From the NCBI GenBank assembly GCA_032718475.1, contig JAUCBJ010009002.1, positions 1-64,000 on the forward strand: DNA of 64,000 bases. Direction: 5' to 3'. The notes beneath the pieces were generated by a model that saw only the letters and a list, made by a program, of their open reading frames with translations, did no database searches and was not told where the DNA came from. This stretch comes from Nemertoderma westbladi (taxonomy: Eukaryota; Animalia; Xenacoelomorpha). Position numbers and translations under genes: made by a program. Below are positions 25,485-38,689 of the stretch, piece after piece (positions within the stretch are counted from its first letter, which is position 1; each line of letters begins with the position of its first letter).

Positions 25485-25640
25485 TAGATAGATAGATATA
25501 TTTATTTATATATTATGCAAACAATAGAAACTAATACATTAATTCGATAAAATTATTAATGTATAGTAAGTATTGTCCAACATAACATAAGGGATAACCC
25601 CTAAAGCTTTGCAGCTTATTTCCAAGGGGGCCTTAGCAGA
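25485..25640 (-). mobile_element. Short LINE 3' end with (CTAT)n tail
   Basis: Minus strand ends AATAAATATATCTATCTATCTAT; shares GGATAACCCCTAAAGCTTTGCAGC with ~20275. Confidence 0.5.
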
Positions 25641-25745
25641 TTTGGTACCGGTAGTGAAGTGAAAGTAATGTGTTGAAATAATTATATATTCTACGGATAT
25701 AGACCATGCCCCGGAATATATAGTGTCGTAATTCAATGACACGAC

Positions 25746-26283
25746 TATGGGTGTGCCGGATATCCGGTCAGTCCGGAATTCCGGCCGGATTATGAGAAAA
25801 AAATCCGGTTCCGGCTCCGGTCGGATTTCAAATTTTAGACCGGATTTCCATTTCAACGTATTGTTGACAAAATTTACAATTAAAGTAAATTTTCCAAGAT
25901 TAACATCAAAATGAATTTTCTTTTAAATTCAAGAAATTTAAACATTAGCAAACACAATGGATTACAATACAATTTATTACACAGTTCGTATCATATTCAT
26001 TCATATTATGAATACGATAAAGTCTAAAGCAGAGCTATTATTTTATGATGACCAAGAATATTTCTATTTGGTTTTTTTTGGGCTCACTAACACTTAATAT
26101 ATATAATAGTAAAGGCCTACTTGTGCCCATATACCGGTATTACTAATTATAACTGGTCACTAATTATTATATTGTTCCAGCGCGCAAGCGTTGATGTTAG
26201 GTCTAGCGAGGTTTGTTATAAATTGAGATCGGCTCCGGTTCCAGCCTGGCCGGTTTGAAAATAGTCAATCCGGCATATCCCTA
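25746..26283. mobile_element. hAT-type MITE
   Basis: Ends TATGGGTGTGCCGGAT / ATCCGGCATATCCCTA; 8-bp TSD GACACGAC (25738-25745, 26284-26291); CCGG-rich subtermini. Confidence 0.85.
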
Positions 26284-26340
26284 GACACGACCCCCCCCCC
26301 CCCCCCCCCCCAATGGTTTCCGAATTAATTATATTTTGCA

Positions 26341-29300
26341 TGGATGAGTACGGGTGTCTGTTGGGTCTGTTTACTTGGTTCTCATTCAATCTACAGGGAT
26401 GATTACGGGTGTGTCTGTTGGGTCTGTTTACTTGGTTCGCATTCAATCTACAGGGATGATTACGGGTGTGTCTGTTGGGTCTGTTTACTTGGTTCGCATT
26501 CAATCTACAGGGATGATTACGGGTGTGTCTGTTGGGTCTGTTTACTTGGTTCGCATTCAATCTACAGGGATGATTACGGGTGTGTCTGTTGGGTAGTTTA
26601 CTTGGTTCGCATTCAATCTACAGGGATGATTACGGGTGTGTCTGTTGGGTCTGTTTACTTGGTTCGCATTCAATCTACAGGGATGATTACGGGTGTGTCT
26701 GTTGGTTCTGTTTACTTGGTTCGCATTCAATCTACAGGGATGATTACGGGTGTGTCTGTTGGGTCTGTTTACTTGGTTCGCATTCAATCTACAGGGATGA
26801 TTACGGGTGTGTCTGTTGGGTCTGTTTACTTGGTTCTCATTCAATCTATAGGGATGATTACGGGTGTGTCTGTTGGGTCTGTTTACTTGGTTCGCATTCA
26901 ATCTACAGGGATGATTACGGGTGTGTCTGTTGGGTCTGTTTACTTGGTTCGCATTCAATCTACAGGGATGATTACGGGTGTGTCTGTTGGGTAGTTTACT
27001 TGGTTCGCATTCAATCTACAGGGATGATTACGGGTGTGTCTGTTGGGTCTGTTTACTTGGTTCTCATTCAATCTATAGGGATGATTACGGGTGTGTCTGT
27101 TGGGTCTGTTTACTTGGTTCGCATTCAATCTACAGGGATGATTACGGGTGTGTCTGTTTACTTGGTTCGCATTCAATCTACAGGGATGATTACGGGTGTG
27201 TCTGTTTACTTGGTTCGCATTCAATCTACAGGGATGATTACGGGTGTGTCTGTTGGTTCTGTTTACTTGGTTCGCATTCAATCTACAGGGATGATTACGG
27301 GTGTGTCTGTTGGGTCTGTTTACTTGGTTCGCATTCAATCTACAGGGATGATTACGGGTGTGTCTGTTGGGTCTGTTTACTTGGTTCGCATTCAATCTAC
27401 AGGGATGATTACGGGTGTGTCTGTTGGGTCTGTTTACTTGGTTCTCATTCAATCTACAGGGATGATTACGGGTGTGTCTGTTGGGTAGTTTACTTGGTTC
27501 GCATTCAATCTACAGGGATGATTACGGGTGTGTCTGTTGGGTCTGTTTACTTGGTTCGAATTCAATCTATAGGGATGATTACGGGTGTGTCTGTTGGGTC
27601 TGTTTACTTGGTTCGCATTCAATCTACAGGGATGATTACGGGTGTGTCTGTTGGGTCTGTTTACTTGGTTCGCATTCAATCTACAGGGATGATTACGGGT
27701 GTGTCTGTTGGGTCTGTTTACTTGGTTCGCATTCAATCTACAGGGATGATTACGGGTGTGTCTGTTGGGTAGTTTACTTGGTTCGCATTCAATCTACAGG
27801 GATGATTACGGGTGTGTCTGTTGGGTAGTTTACTTGGTTCGCATTCAATCTACAGGGATGATTACGGGTGTGTCTGTTGGGTCTGTTTACTTGGTTCGCA
27901 TTCAATCTACAGGGATGATTACGGGTGTGTCTGTTGGGTCTGTTTACTTGGTTCGCATTCAATCTATAGGGATGATTACGGGTGTGTCTGTTGGGTCTGT
28001 TTACTTGGTTCGCATTCAATCTACAGGGATGATTACGGGTGTGTCTGTTGGGTCTGTTTACTTGGTTCGCATTCAATCTACAGGGATGATTACGGGTGTG
28101 TCTGTTGGGTCTGTTTACTTGGTTCGCATTCAATCTACAGGGATGATTACGGGTGTGTCTGTTGGGTAGTTTACTTGGTTCGCATTCAATCTACAGGGAT
28201 GATTACGGGTGTGTCTGTTGGGTCTGTTTACTTGGTTCGCATTCAATCTACAGGGATGATTACGGGTGTGTCTGTTGGGTCTGTTTACTTGGTTCGCATT
28301 CAATCTACAGGGATGATTACGGGTGTGTCTGTTGGGTCTGTTTACTTGGTTCTCATTCAATCTATAGGGATGATTACGGGTGTGTCTGTTGGGTCTGTTT
28401 ACTTGGTTCGCATTCAATCTACAGGGATGATTACGGGTGTGTCTGTTGGGTCTGTTTACTTGGTTCTCATTCAATCTACAGGGATGATTACGGGTGTGTC
28501 TGTTGGGTCTGTTTACTTGGTTCGCATTCAATCTACAGGGATGATTACGGGTGTGTCTGTTGGGTCTGTTTACTTGGTTCGCATTCAATCTACAGGGATG
28601 ATTACGGGTGTGTCTGTTGGGTAGTTTACTTGGTTCGCATTCAATCTACAGGGATGATTACGGGTGTGTCTGTTGGGTCTGTTTACTTGGTTCGCATTCA
28701 ATCTACAGGGATGATTACGGGTGTGTCTGTTGGTTCTGTTTACTTGGTTCGCATTCAATCTACAGGGATGATTACGGGTGTGTCTGTTGGGTCTGTTTAC
28801 TTGGTTCGCATTCAATCTACAGGGATGATTACGGGTGTGTCTGTTGGGTCTGTTTACTTGGTTCGCATTCAATCTACAGGGATGATTACGGGTGTGTCTG
28901 TTGGGTCTGTTTACTTGGTTCTCATTCAATCTATAGGGATGATTACGGGTGTGTCTGTTGGGTCTGTTTACTTGGTTCGCATTGAATCTACAGGGATGAT
29001 TACGGGTGTGTCTGTTGGGTCTGTTTACTTGGTTCGCATTCAATCTACAGGGATGATTACGGGTGTGTCTGTTGGTTCTGTTTACTTGGTTCGCATTCAA
29101 TCTACAGGGATGATTACGGGTGTGTCTGTTGGTTCTGTTTACTTGGTTCGCATTCAATCTACAGGGATGATTACGGGTGTGTCTGTTGGGTCTGTTTACT
29201 TGGTTCTCATTCAATCTACAGGGATGATTACGGGTGTGTCTGTTGGTTCTGTTTACTTGGTTCGCATTCAATCTACAGGGATGATTACGGGTGTGTCTGT

Positions 29301-32300
29301 TGGTTCTGTTTACTTGGTTCGCATTCAATCTACAGGGATGATTACGGGTGTGTCTGTTGGGTCTGTTTACTTGGTTCGAATTCAATCTACAGGGATGATT
29401 ACGGGTGTGTCTGTTGGGTCTGTTTACTTGGTTCGCATTCAATCTACAGGGATGATTACGGGTGTGTCTGTTGGGTCTGTTTACTTGGTTCGCATTCAAT
29501 CTACAGGGATGATTACGGGTGTGTCTGTTGGGTCTGTTTACTTGGTTCGCATTCAATCTACAGGGATGATTACGGGTGTGTCTGTTGGGTCTGTTTACTT
29601 GGTTCGCATTCAATCTACAGGGATGATTACGGGTGTGTCTGTTGGGTCTGTTTACTTGGTTCGCATTCAATCTACAGGGATGATTACGGGTGTGTCTGTT
29701 GGGTCTGTTTACTTGGTTCTCATTCAATCTACAGGGATGATTACGGGTGTGTCTGTTGGGTAGTTTACTTGGTTCGCATTCAATCTACAGGGATGATTAC
29801 GGGTGTGTCTGTTGGTTCTGTTTACTTGGTTCGCATTCAATCTACAGGGATGATTACGGGTGTGTCTGTTGGGTCTGTTTACTTGGTTCTCATTCAATCT
29901 ATAGGGATGATTACGGGTGTGTCTGTTGGGTCTGTTTACTTGGTTCGAATTCAATCTACAGGGATGATTACGGGTGTGTCTGTTGGGTCTGTTTACTTGG
30001 TTCGCATTCAATCTACAGGGATGATTACGGGTGTGTCTGTTGGGTAGTTTACTTGGTTCGCATTCAATCTACAGGGATGATTACGGGTGTGTCTGTTGGG
30101 TCTGTTTACTTGGTTCGCATTCAAACTACAGGGATGATTACGGGTGTGTCTGTTGGTTCTGTTTACTTGGTTCTCATTCAATCTACAGGGATGATTACGG
30201 GTGTGTCTGTTGGGTCTGTTTACTTGGTTCGCATTCAATCTACAGGGATGATTACGGGTGTGTCTGTTGGGTCTGTTTACTTGGTTCGCATTCAATCTAC
30301 AGGGATGATTACGGGTGTGTCTGTTGGGTCTGTTTACTTGGTTCGCATTCAATCTACAGGGATGATTACGGGTGTGTCTGTTGTGTCTGTTTACTTGGTT
30401 CGCATTCAATCTATAGGGATGATTACGGGTGTGTCTGTTGGGTCTGTTTACTTGGTTCGCATTCAATCTACAGGGATGATTACGGGTGTGTCTGTTGTGT
30501 CTGTTTACTTGGTTCGCATTCAATCTATAGGGATGATTACGGGTGTGTCTGTTGGGTCTGTTTACTTGGTTCGCATTCAATCTACAGGGATGATTACGGG
30601 TGTGTCTGTTGGTTCTGTTTACTTGGTTCGCATTCAATCTACAGGGATGATTACGGGTGTGTCTGTTGGGTCTGTTTACTTGGTTCGCATTCAATCTACA
30701 GGGATGATTACTGGTGTGTCTGTTGGGTCTGTTTACTTGGTTCGCATTCAATCTACAGGGATGATTACGGGTGTGTCTGTTGGGTCTGTTTACTTGGTTC
30801 TCATTCAATCTATAGGGATGATTACGGGTGTGTCTGTTGGGTCTGTTTACTTGGTTCGCATTGAATCTACAGGGATGATTACGGGTGTGTCTGTTGGGTC
30901 TGTTTACTTGATTCGCATTGAATCTACAGGGATGATTACGGGTGTGTCTGTTGGGTAGTTTACTTGGTTCGCATTCAATCTACAGGGATGATTACGGGTG
31001 TGTCTGTTGGGTCTGTTTACTTGGTTCTCATTCAATCTACAGGGATGATTACGGGTGTGTCTGTTGGGTCTGTTTACTTGGTTCGCATTCAATCTACAGG
31101 GATGATTACGGGTGTGTCTGTTGGGTCTGTTTACTTGGTTCGCATTCAATCTACAGGGATGATTACGGGTGTGTCTGTTGGGTCTGTTTACTTGGTTCGC
31201 ATTCAATCTACAGGGATGATTACGGGTGTGTCTGTTGGGTCTGTTTACTTGGTTCGCATTCAATCTACAGGGATGATTACGGGTGTGTCTGTTGGGTCTG
31301 TTTACTTGGTTCGCATTCAATCTACAGGGATGATTACGGGTGTGTCTGTTGGGTCTGTTTACTTGGTTCGCATTCAATCTACAGGGATGATTACGGGTGT
31401 GTCTGTTGGGTCTGTTTACTTGGTTCGCATTCAATCTACAGGGATGATTACGGGTGTGTCTGTTGGGTCTGTTTACTTGGTTCGCATTCAATCTACAGGG
31501 ATGATTACGGGTGTGTCTGTTGGGTCTGTTTACTTGGTTCGCATTCAATCTACAGGGATGATTACGGGTGTGTCTGTTGGGTCTGTTTACTTGGTTCGCA
31601 TTCAATCTACAGGGATGATTACGGGTGTGTCTGTTGGGTCTGTTTACTTGGTTCTCATTCAATCTACAGGGATGATTACGGGTGTGTCTGTTGGGTCTGT
31701 TTACTTGATTCTAATTCAATCTACATGGATGATTACGGGTGTGTCTGTTGGGTCTGTTTACTTGGTTCGAATTCAATCTACAGGGATGATTACGGGTGTG
31801 TCTGTTGGGTCTGTTTACTTGGTTCGCATTCAATCTACAGGGATGATTACGGGTGTGTCTGTTGGGTCTGTTTACTTGGTTCGCATTCAATCTACAGGGA
31901 TGATTACGGGTGTGTCTGTTGGGTCTGTTTACTTGGTTCTCATTCAATCTACAGGGATGATTACGGGTGTGTCTGTTGGGTCTGTTTACTTGATTCTAAT
32001 TCAATCTACATGGATGATTACGGGTGTGTCTGTTGGGTCTGTTTACTTGGTTCGAATTCAATCTACAGGGATGATTACGGGTGTGTCTGTTGGGTCTGTT
32101 TACTTGGTTCGCATTCAATCTACAGGGATGATTACGGGTGTGTCTGTTGGGTCTGTTTACTTGGTTCGCATTCAATCTACAGGGATGATTACGGGTGTGT
32201 CTGTTGGGTCAGTTTACTTGGTTCGCATTCAATCTACATGGATGATTACGGATGTGTCTGTTGGGTCTGTTTACTTGGTTCTCATTCAATCTACAGGGAT

Positions 32301-34478
32301 GATTACGGGTGTGTCTGTTGGGTCTGTTTACTTGGTTCGAATTCAATCTATAGGGATGATTACGGGTGTGTCTGTTTACTTAATTCGCATTCAATCTACA
32401 GGGATGATTACGGGTGTGTCTGTTGGGTCTGTTTACTTGGTTCTCATTCAATCTACATGGATGATTACGGGTGTGTCTGTTGGGTCTGTTTACTTGGTTC
32501 TCATTCAATCTACAGGGATGATTACGGGTGTGTCTGTTGGGTCTGTTTACTTGGTTCGAATTCAATCTATAGGGATGATTACGGGTGTGTCTGTTTACTT
32601 GGTTCGAATTCAATCTATAGGGATGATTACGGGTGTGTCTGTTGGGTCTGTTTACTTGGTTCGCATTCAATCTACAGGGATGATTACGGGTGTGTCTGTT
32701 GGGTCTGTTTACTTGATTCGCATTCAATCTACAGGGATGATTACGGGTGTGTCTGTTGGGTCTGTTTACTTGGTTCTCATTCAATCTACATGGATGATTA
32801 CGGGTGTGTCTGTTGGGTCTGTTTACTTGATTCGCATTCAATCTACAGGGATGATTACGGGTGTGTCTGTTGGGTCTGTTTACTTGGTTCTCATTCAATC
32901 TACATGGATGATTACGGATGTGTCTGTTGGGTCTGTTTACTTGGTTCTCATTCAATCTACAGGGATGATTACGGGTGTGTCTGTTGGGTCTGTTTACTTG
33001 GTTCGAATTCAATCTATAGGGATGATTACGGGTGTGTCTGTTGGGTCTGTTTACTTGGTTCTCATTCAATCTACAGGGATGATTACGGGTGTGTCTGTTG
33101 GGTCTGTTTACTTGGTTCGAATTCAATCTATAGGGATGATTACGGGTGTGTCTGTTGGGTCTGTTTACTTGGTTCGCATTCAATCTACAGGGATGATTAC
33201 GGGTGTGTCTGTTGGGTCTGTTTACTTGATTCGCATTCAATCTACAGGGATGATTACGGGTGTGTCTGTTGGGTCTGTTTACTTGGTTCTCATTCAATCT
33301 ACATGGATGATTACGGGTGTGTCTGTTGGGTCTGTTTACTTGGTTCTCATTCAATCTACAGGGATGATTACGGGTGTGTCTGTTGGGTCTGTTTACTTGG
33401 TTCGAATTCAATCTATAGGGATGATTACGGGTGTGTCTGTTGGGTCTGTTTACTTGGTTCTCATTCAATCTACATGGATGATTACGGGTGTGTCTGTTGG
33501 GTCTGTTTACTTGGTTCTCATTCAATCTACAGGGATGATTACGGGTGTGTCTGTTGGGTCTGTTTACTTGGTTCGAATTCAATCTACAGGGATGATTACG
33601 GGTGTGTCTGTTGGGTCTGTTTACTTGGTTCGCATTCAATCTACAGGGATGATTACGGGTGTGTCTGTTGGGTCTGTTTACTTGGTTCTCATTCAATCTA
33701 CAGGGATGATTACGGGTGTGTCTGTTGGGTCTGTTTACTTGGTTCAATTCAATCTATAGGGATGATTACGGGTGTGTCTGTTGGGTCTGTTTACTTGGTT
33801 CGAATTCAATCTACAGGGATGATTACGGGTGTGTCTGTTGGGTCTGTTTACTTGGTTCTCATTCAATCTACATGGATGATTACGGGTGTGTCTGTTGGGT
33901 CTGTTTTCTTGGTTCTCATTCAATCTACAGGGATGATTACGGGTGTGTCTGTTGGGTCTGTTTACTTGGTTCGAATTCAATCTATAGGGATGATTACGGG
34001 TGTGTATGTTTACTTGATTCGCATTCAATCTACAGGGATGATTACGGGTGTGTCTGTTGGGTCTGTTTACTTGGTTCTCATTCAATCTACATGGATGATT
34101 ACGGATGTGTCTGTTGGGTCTGTTTACTTGGTTCTCATTCAATCTACAGGGATGATTACGGGTGTGTCTGTTGGGTCTGTTTACTTGGTTCGAATTCAAT
34201 CTATAGGGATGATTACGGGTGTGTCTGTTTACTTGATTCGCATTCAATCTACAGGGATGATTACGGGTGTGTCTGTTGGGTCTGCTTACTTGGTTCTCAT
34301 TCAATCTATAGGGATGATTACGGGTGTGTCTGTTGGGTCTGTTTACTTGGTTCTCATTCAATCTACAGGGATGATTACGGGTGTGTCTGTTGGGTCTGTT
34401 TACTTGGTTCGAATTCAATCTATAGGGATGATTACGGGTGTGTCTGTTGGGTCTGTTTACTTGGTTCGCATTGAATCT
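26341..34478. repeat. 57-bp satellite array (~143 units) in intron 2
   Basis: Unit GGGATGATTACGGGTGTGTCTGTTGGGTCTGTTTACTTGGTTCGCATTCAATCTACA, with 56-bp and 48-bp variants. Confidence 0.98.
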
Positions 34479-34504
34479 AATCAACTATTGTAATATTTAC
34501 GTAG

Positions 34505-34749
34505 ACAACCGGCCCTGCGATACCCATCACTACACAAGGATCATGATAGAGAGGATGCGAAACCGCCCTCAAGGGGGCAACGCGACGCTAATCAGACAGT
34601 ACCGTATGTACGGTGCCTGTTTGTTACGAGGTTACGGCCACGTCTTCACCGCTTGCTGCAACAGACGGTTGGAAGAAAACAGAGAGGATGAACTTCGCGC
34701 GCGATACAGGGACGTGAGTGTGTTCCACAGGCGTTTCCATGGCTCCTAG
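34505..34749 (+). CDS. Coding exon 3: remainder of the anaphylatoxin-like motif (C...C...VFTACC) and a charged tail; possible alternative donor after 34713
   Basis: Branch-like CTAAT and TTTACGTAG acceptor; phase 1 matches exon 2; open to TAG at 34747-34749; GAC|GTGAGT at 34713. Confidence 0.8.
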
Positions 34750-34773
34750 ACTGCCCATAATTACTTATTATAT

Positions 34774-35584
34774 AATGTTAACGAACTTATTAGCTAATGT
34801 TAACGAACTTATTATGTAATGTTAACGAACTTATTACGTAATGTTAACGAACTTATTATGTAATGTTAACGAACTTATTACGTAATGTTAACGAACTTAT
34901 TATGTAATGTTAACGAACTTATTATGTAATGTTAACGAACTTATTATGTAATGTTAACGAACTTATTAGCTAATGTTAACGAACTTATTATGTAATGTTA
35001 ACGAACTTATTACGTAATGTTAACGAACTTATTATGTAATGTTAACGAACTTATTATGTAATGTTAACGAACTTATTATGTAATGTTAACGAACTTATTA
35101 CGTAATGTTAACGAACTTATTATGTAATGTTAACGAACTTATTATGTAATGTTAACGAACTTATTAGCTAATGTTAACGAACTTATTATGTAATGTTAAC
35201 GAACTTATTAGCTAATGTTAACGAACTTATTATGTAATGTTAACGAACTTATTAGCTAATGTTAACGAACTTATTATGTAATGTTAACGAACTTATTATG
35301 TAATGTTAACGAACTTATTATGTAATGTTAACGAACTTATTACGTAATGTTAACGAACTTATTATGTAATGTTAACGAACTTATTACGTAATGTTAACGA
35401 ACTTATTACGTAATGTTAACGAACTTATTACGTAATGTTAACGAACTTATTAGCTAATGTTAACGAACTTATTATGTAATGTTAACGAACTTATTAGCTA
35501 ATGTTAACGAACTTATTATGTAATGTTAACGAACTTATTACGTAATGTTAACGAACTTATTAGCTAATGTTAACGAACTTATAG
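34774..35584. repeat. 22-bp minisatellite (~37 units) TAATGTTAACGAACTTATTA(TG/CG/GC)
   Basis: Exact 22-bp periodicity with three variants of the terminal dinucleotide. Confidence 0.97.
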
Positions 35585-36876
35585 CTAATTAACTAACTAC
35601 TTAAGACGTAAATATTTGTTATGCAATTATAAAAAGTTATATAAGTAAACTGTGTGCTTAAAATTATATTAAGTATCACAAAATCTATGGAAAAACAAAA
35701 GCGTAACTGCAATTAAAATGGTTCAATTTAAATCGTGTTTAAACTCCATAAATATTTATAAACATTATATAAGCTATTAATTAAAATTAAATTAAAAGAT
35801 TAATTAAAAGTTAGAAATTCAGAATTCCGATGTAGGAATTTTGTTACATTAAGACAATAACTATCGGCGTTCTGATCGATTAATTAATCATTGTGAAAAA
35901 TGTATAGAAAAATTGAAGAAATTAATATAGATATTCTCATACATAATACTTAAATATTACTTTATATATATTAATGTTATATTAGACCTATTATATTATA
36001 TATTATTACTATAATACACCATGACCCTTAATATAGAACCCCCCCCCCCCCCCCCACTCCCCCAATTTTTCTACAAATCTTTATTATATTTCTTGAGATC
36101 TCACAGATCTTGGACGCTCACAGTAGTTCGACACATCGTAAAGGCGGAATTTTCAATATTACCTATAAATTTTTATATACGTTTTTAAAAAGTCTCTTTT
36201 GCGAATTCGCACCCTCGAAACCCTTCGAAATTTGTAACAATATCTGAATTCTGAATAGATATAGTGGATAGACATTCCGCTGTTGCCTACCAACTCATAA
36301 AATAAATAACACGTTCTAGAATATCGTGTATTTATTAAATAGAATAAATGGCCTGTAGCGAACGATAATTCTGGCAATCTTTGAACGCCTATATCTCAGC
36401 TGTTTCTCAACGAAATTCAGATATTGTTACATATTTGGAATCCTTGCAAGGCAAGCTATTTAATGATATGAAAAAAATACGACTAATGTGAAGAATGTTC
36501 ACGATACAGAGGGTGCGATTTCGCAAAAAGACACTTTTTTAAAACGCTTATAAAAAAGAATTTAAAGGCAAAATCGAAAATTCCGTCTTCATGGTAACAA
36601 CCACGGTGAGTGGAACTAGTTGTGTTTCAAATTTCAAGCAATATGATATAGTCAGATAGACAGAGGGGTCCACCGTGACTTTGGGTCATCACGCATTTTT
36701 ATTTGCTTAAACTTTAGTCGGACCTTAGAGTAATCAAAATCCGTCGGGTGCCACTTCGGCACCTTTGGGGAACTTTTTATAAAGCACTTAACCTAAGTTT
36801 CCATAGCAACCGGCACATACAAGGTTTTATTTTGAGATATCTGCGACCTTGCACCTATTGCCACAGCTCTTGTTAA

Positions 36877-38250
36877 GGGGGCGGTACACCACCTAAGCGC
36901 ATTTTTTACAAAAATCATTGTCGTGTGCTTCAACATTGTCAAGTATTTTCGAAAATTGGCACAATTAGAGTTGGGTTGTAGATACAACTTTTGGCAAAAA
37001 ATTTTTTTCGAATTAACTATTTATAATAATTTAATAATAGTTAATATTAATAAATATTGACTATATTACAAAACCTATCTACATATTTATTTATAATTAT
37101 TTTCGCTCTAAATTTGGTGTGCATATTCTCCAAGTCATGATAAACAGAAATTGTGGTCAAATTTTTAAAAATTTGTTTTGATCTTTTTTTATAGCCAATC
37201 AAAAATTACTTTTCATTTTGAACGAAAAAATCACGAAATTTCGACATTTAACATTGAATAAAAAACGAACGAAGCTAAAAAAAATAAATTTGACCACAAT
37301 TGCTAAAGAGTGCGTCGGTCTGGAGATACTTTCCAAATTTCAGCTCAATTCATTGAAAATTGGCGGACTAGATACATTTTTGAGGTCAAAAAATGACATT
37401 CTGAGAAAAATGAGGTTAAAGTTTTAACCCTTTCGGTACCTAACTGTAAATTATTCAAACCCCCAAGTGCCCAACTCTAATTCATGAATTTCTGAAGTCT
37501 GTCAGTATTTCTGTCTGTTTGTCTGTCAAGACTTTAGAAAGAATAAAATCTACTAACATTCTCGCTATGGGGGTTTTCCTTGTCAAGGATTTCATTTCCG
37601 CTGTCAGTTTTCACTTTGACCCTATCCAGACCGTCTGTCGGTCTGTCTGTCGGTCTGTCTTTCAGTCTGTCCGTCAAAAGTATAAGGAATCACATTAGCT
37701 AATTAAAATTCTCGCTATGGGGGTTTTCCTGGTCAAGGATTTCATTTCCGCTGTCAGTTTTCACTTTTGACCCTATCCAGACTGTCTGTCGGTCTGTCGG
37801 TCTGCCTGTCAGTCTGTCCGTCAAAAGTATAAGGAATCACATTAGCTAATTTAAATTCTCTCTATGGGGGTTTTCCTGGTCAAGGATTTCATTTCCGCTG
37901 TCAGTTTTCACTTTTGACCCTATCCAGACTGTCTGTCGGTCTGTCTGTCAGTCTGTCCGTCAAAAGTATAAGGAATCACATTAGCTAATTAAAATTCTCT
38001 CTATTGGGGTTTTCCTGGTCAAGGATTTCATTTCCGCTGTCAGTTTTCACTTTTGACCCTATCCAGACTGTCTGTCGGTCTGTCTGTCAGTCTGTCCGTC
38101 AACATGGTCTCAGTTAAAGACGTATAACTCGAGATCCAATCGAGATATGACAAAACCAATTTCAGATTCGGAATCTACATAAAATTTCACACAATATTCG
38201 GCAAAAAATTTTTTTTTCAATTTTTTGACACCAGGTGGTGTACCGCCCCC
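36877..38250. mobile_element. TTAA-targeting MITE (Kolobok-like) with an internal ~140-bp tandem array
   Basis: TTAA|GGGGGCGGTACACCACCT ... AGGTGGTGTACCGCCCCC|TTAA; about 4 repeat units at 37555-38100. Confidence 0.85.
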
Positions 38251-38689
38251 TTAATTATTCTGAATAAGATTTCTAGAAGATTAGTTCCCATAGCAACATT
38301 ATTAATCATAAATTTTGGCCTTTGGGATGTTTATTAAGATATACCAACTACTGTATTAAACTTTAGATTATTTATGTAACTATTTATAATAGCAAACAAT
38401 TATATCACTGGGGGGGGGGGGGGGGGGGGGGGGTTATTAATCACATTTAGTTTTCAATTTAATTAGATGAGTTAGTTTTCTCCTTTCAAATGCAAATTTT
38501 GACGTTTATCTATCCAACGTTTGTAGAAAATAGGTACAGTAGATTCAACGTGCCATCATTCTTTACTGCGTACCGATCTGGGTATCTATCCCAAATATTC
38601 TCCATTACTGGTATTACGAAAGTTAATCAATCAGCTAGAAGAGTTGTATGTTTATTAAATTATTTATTTAAACGGAACATTGCTTTAAA

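Noticed and set aside
26216-34493. Very long Cys-rich, VSVG and NRH repeat ORFs (up to 1183 aa)
   Set aside because: Artefacts of a 57-bp unit that is open in several frames on both strands; 56-bp variants shift the frames freely.
34774-35584. CRISPR-like appearance of the short arrays
   Set aside because: Head-to-tail units with no unique spacers, no cas genes, and a eukaryotic context.
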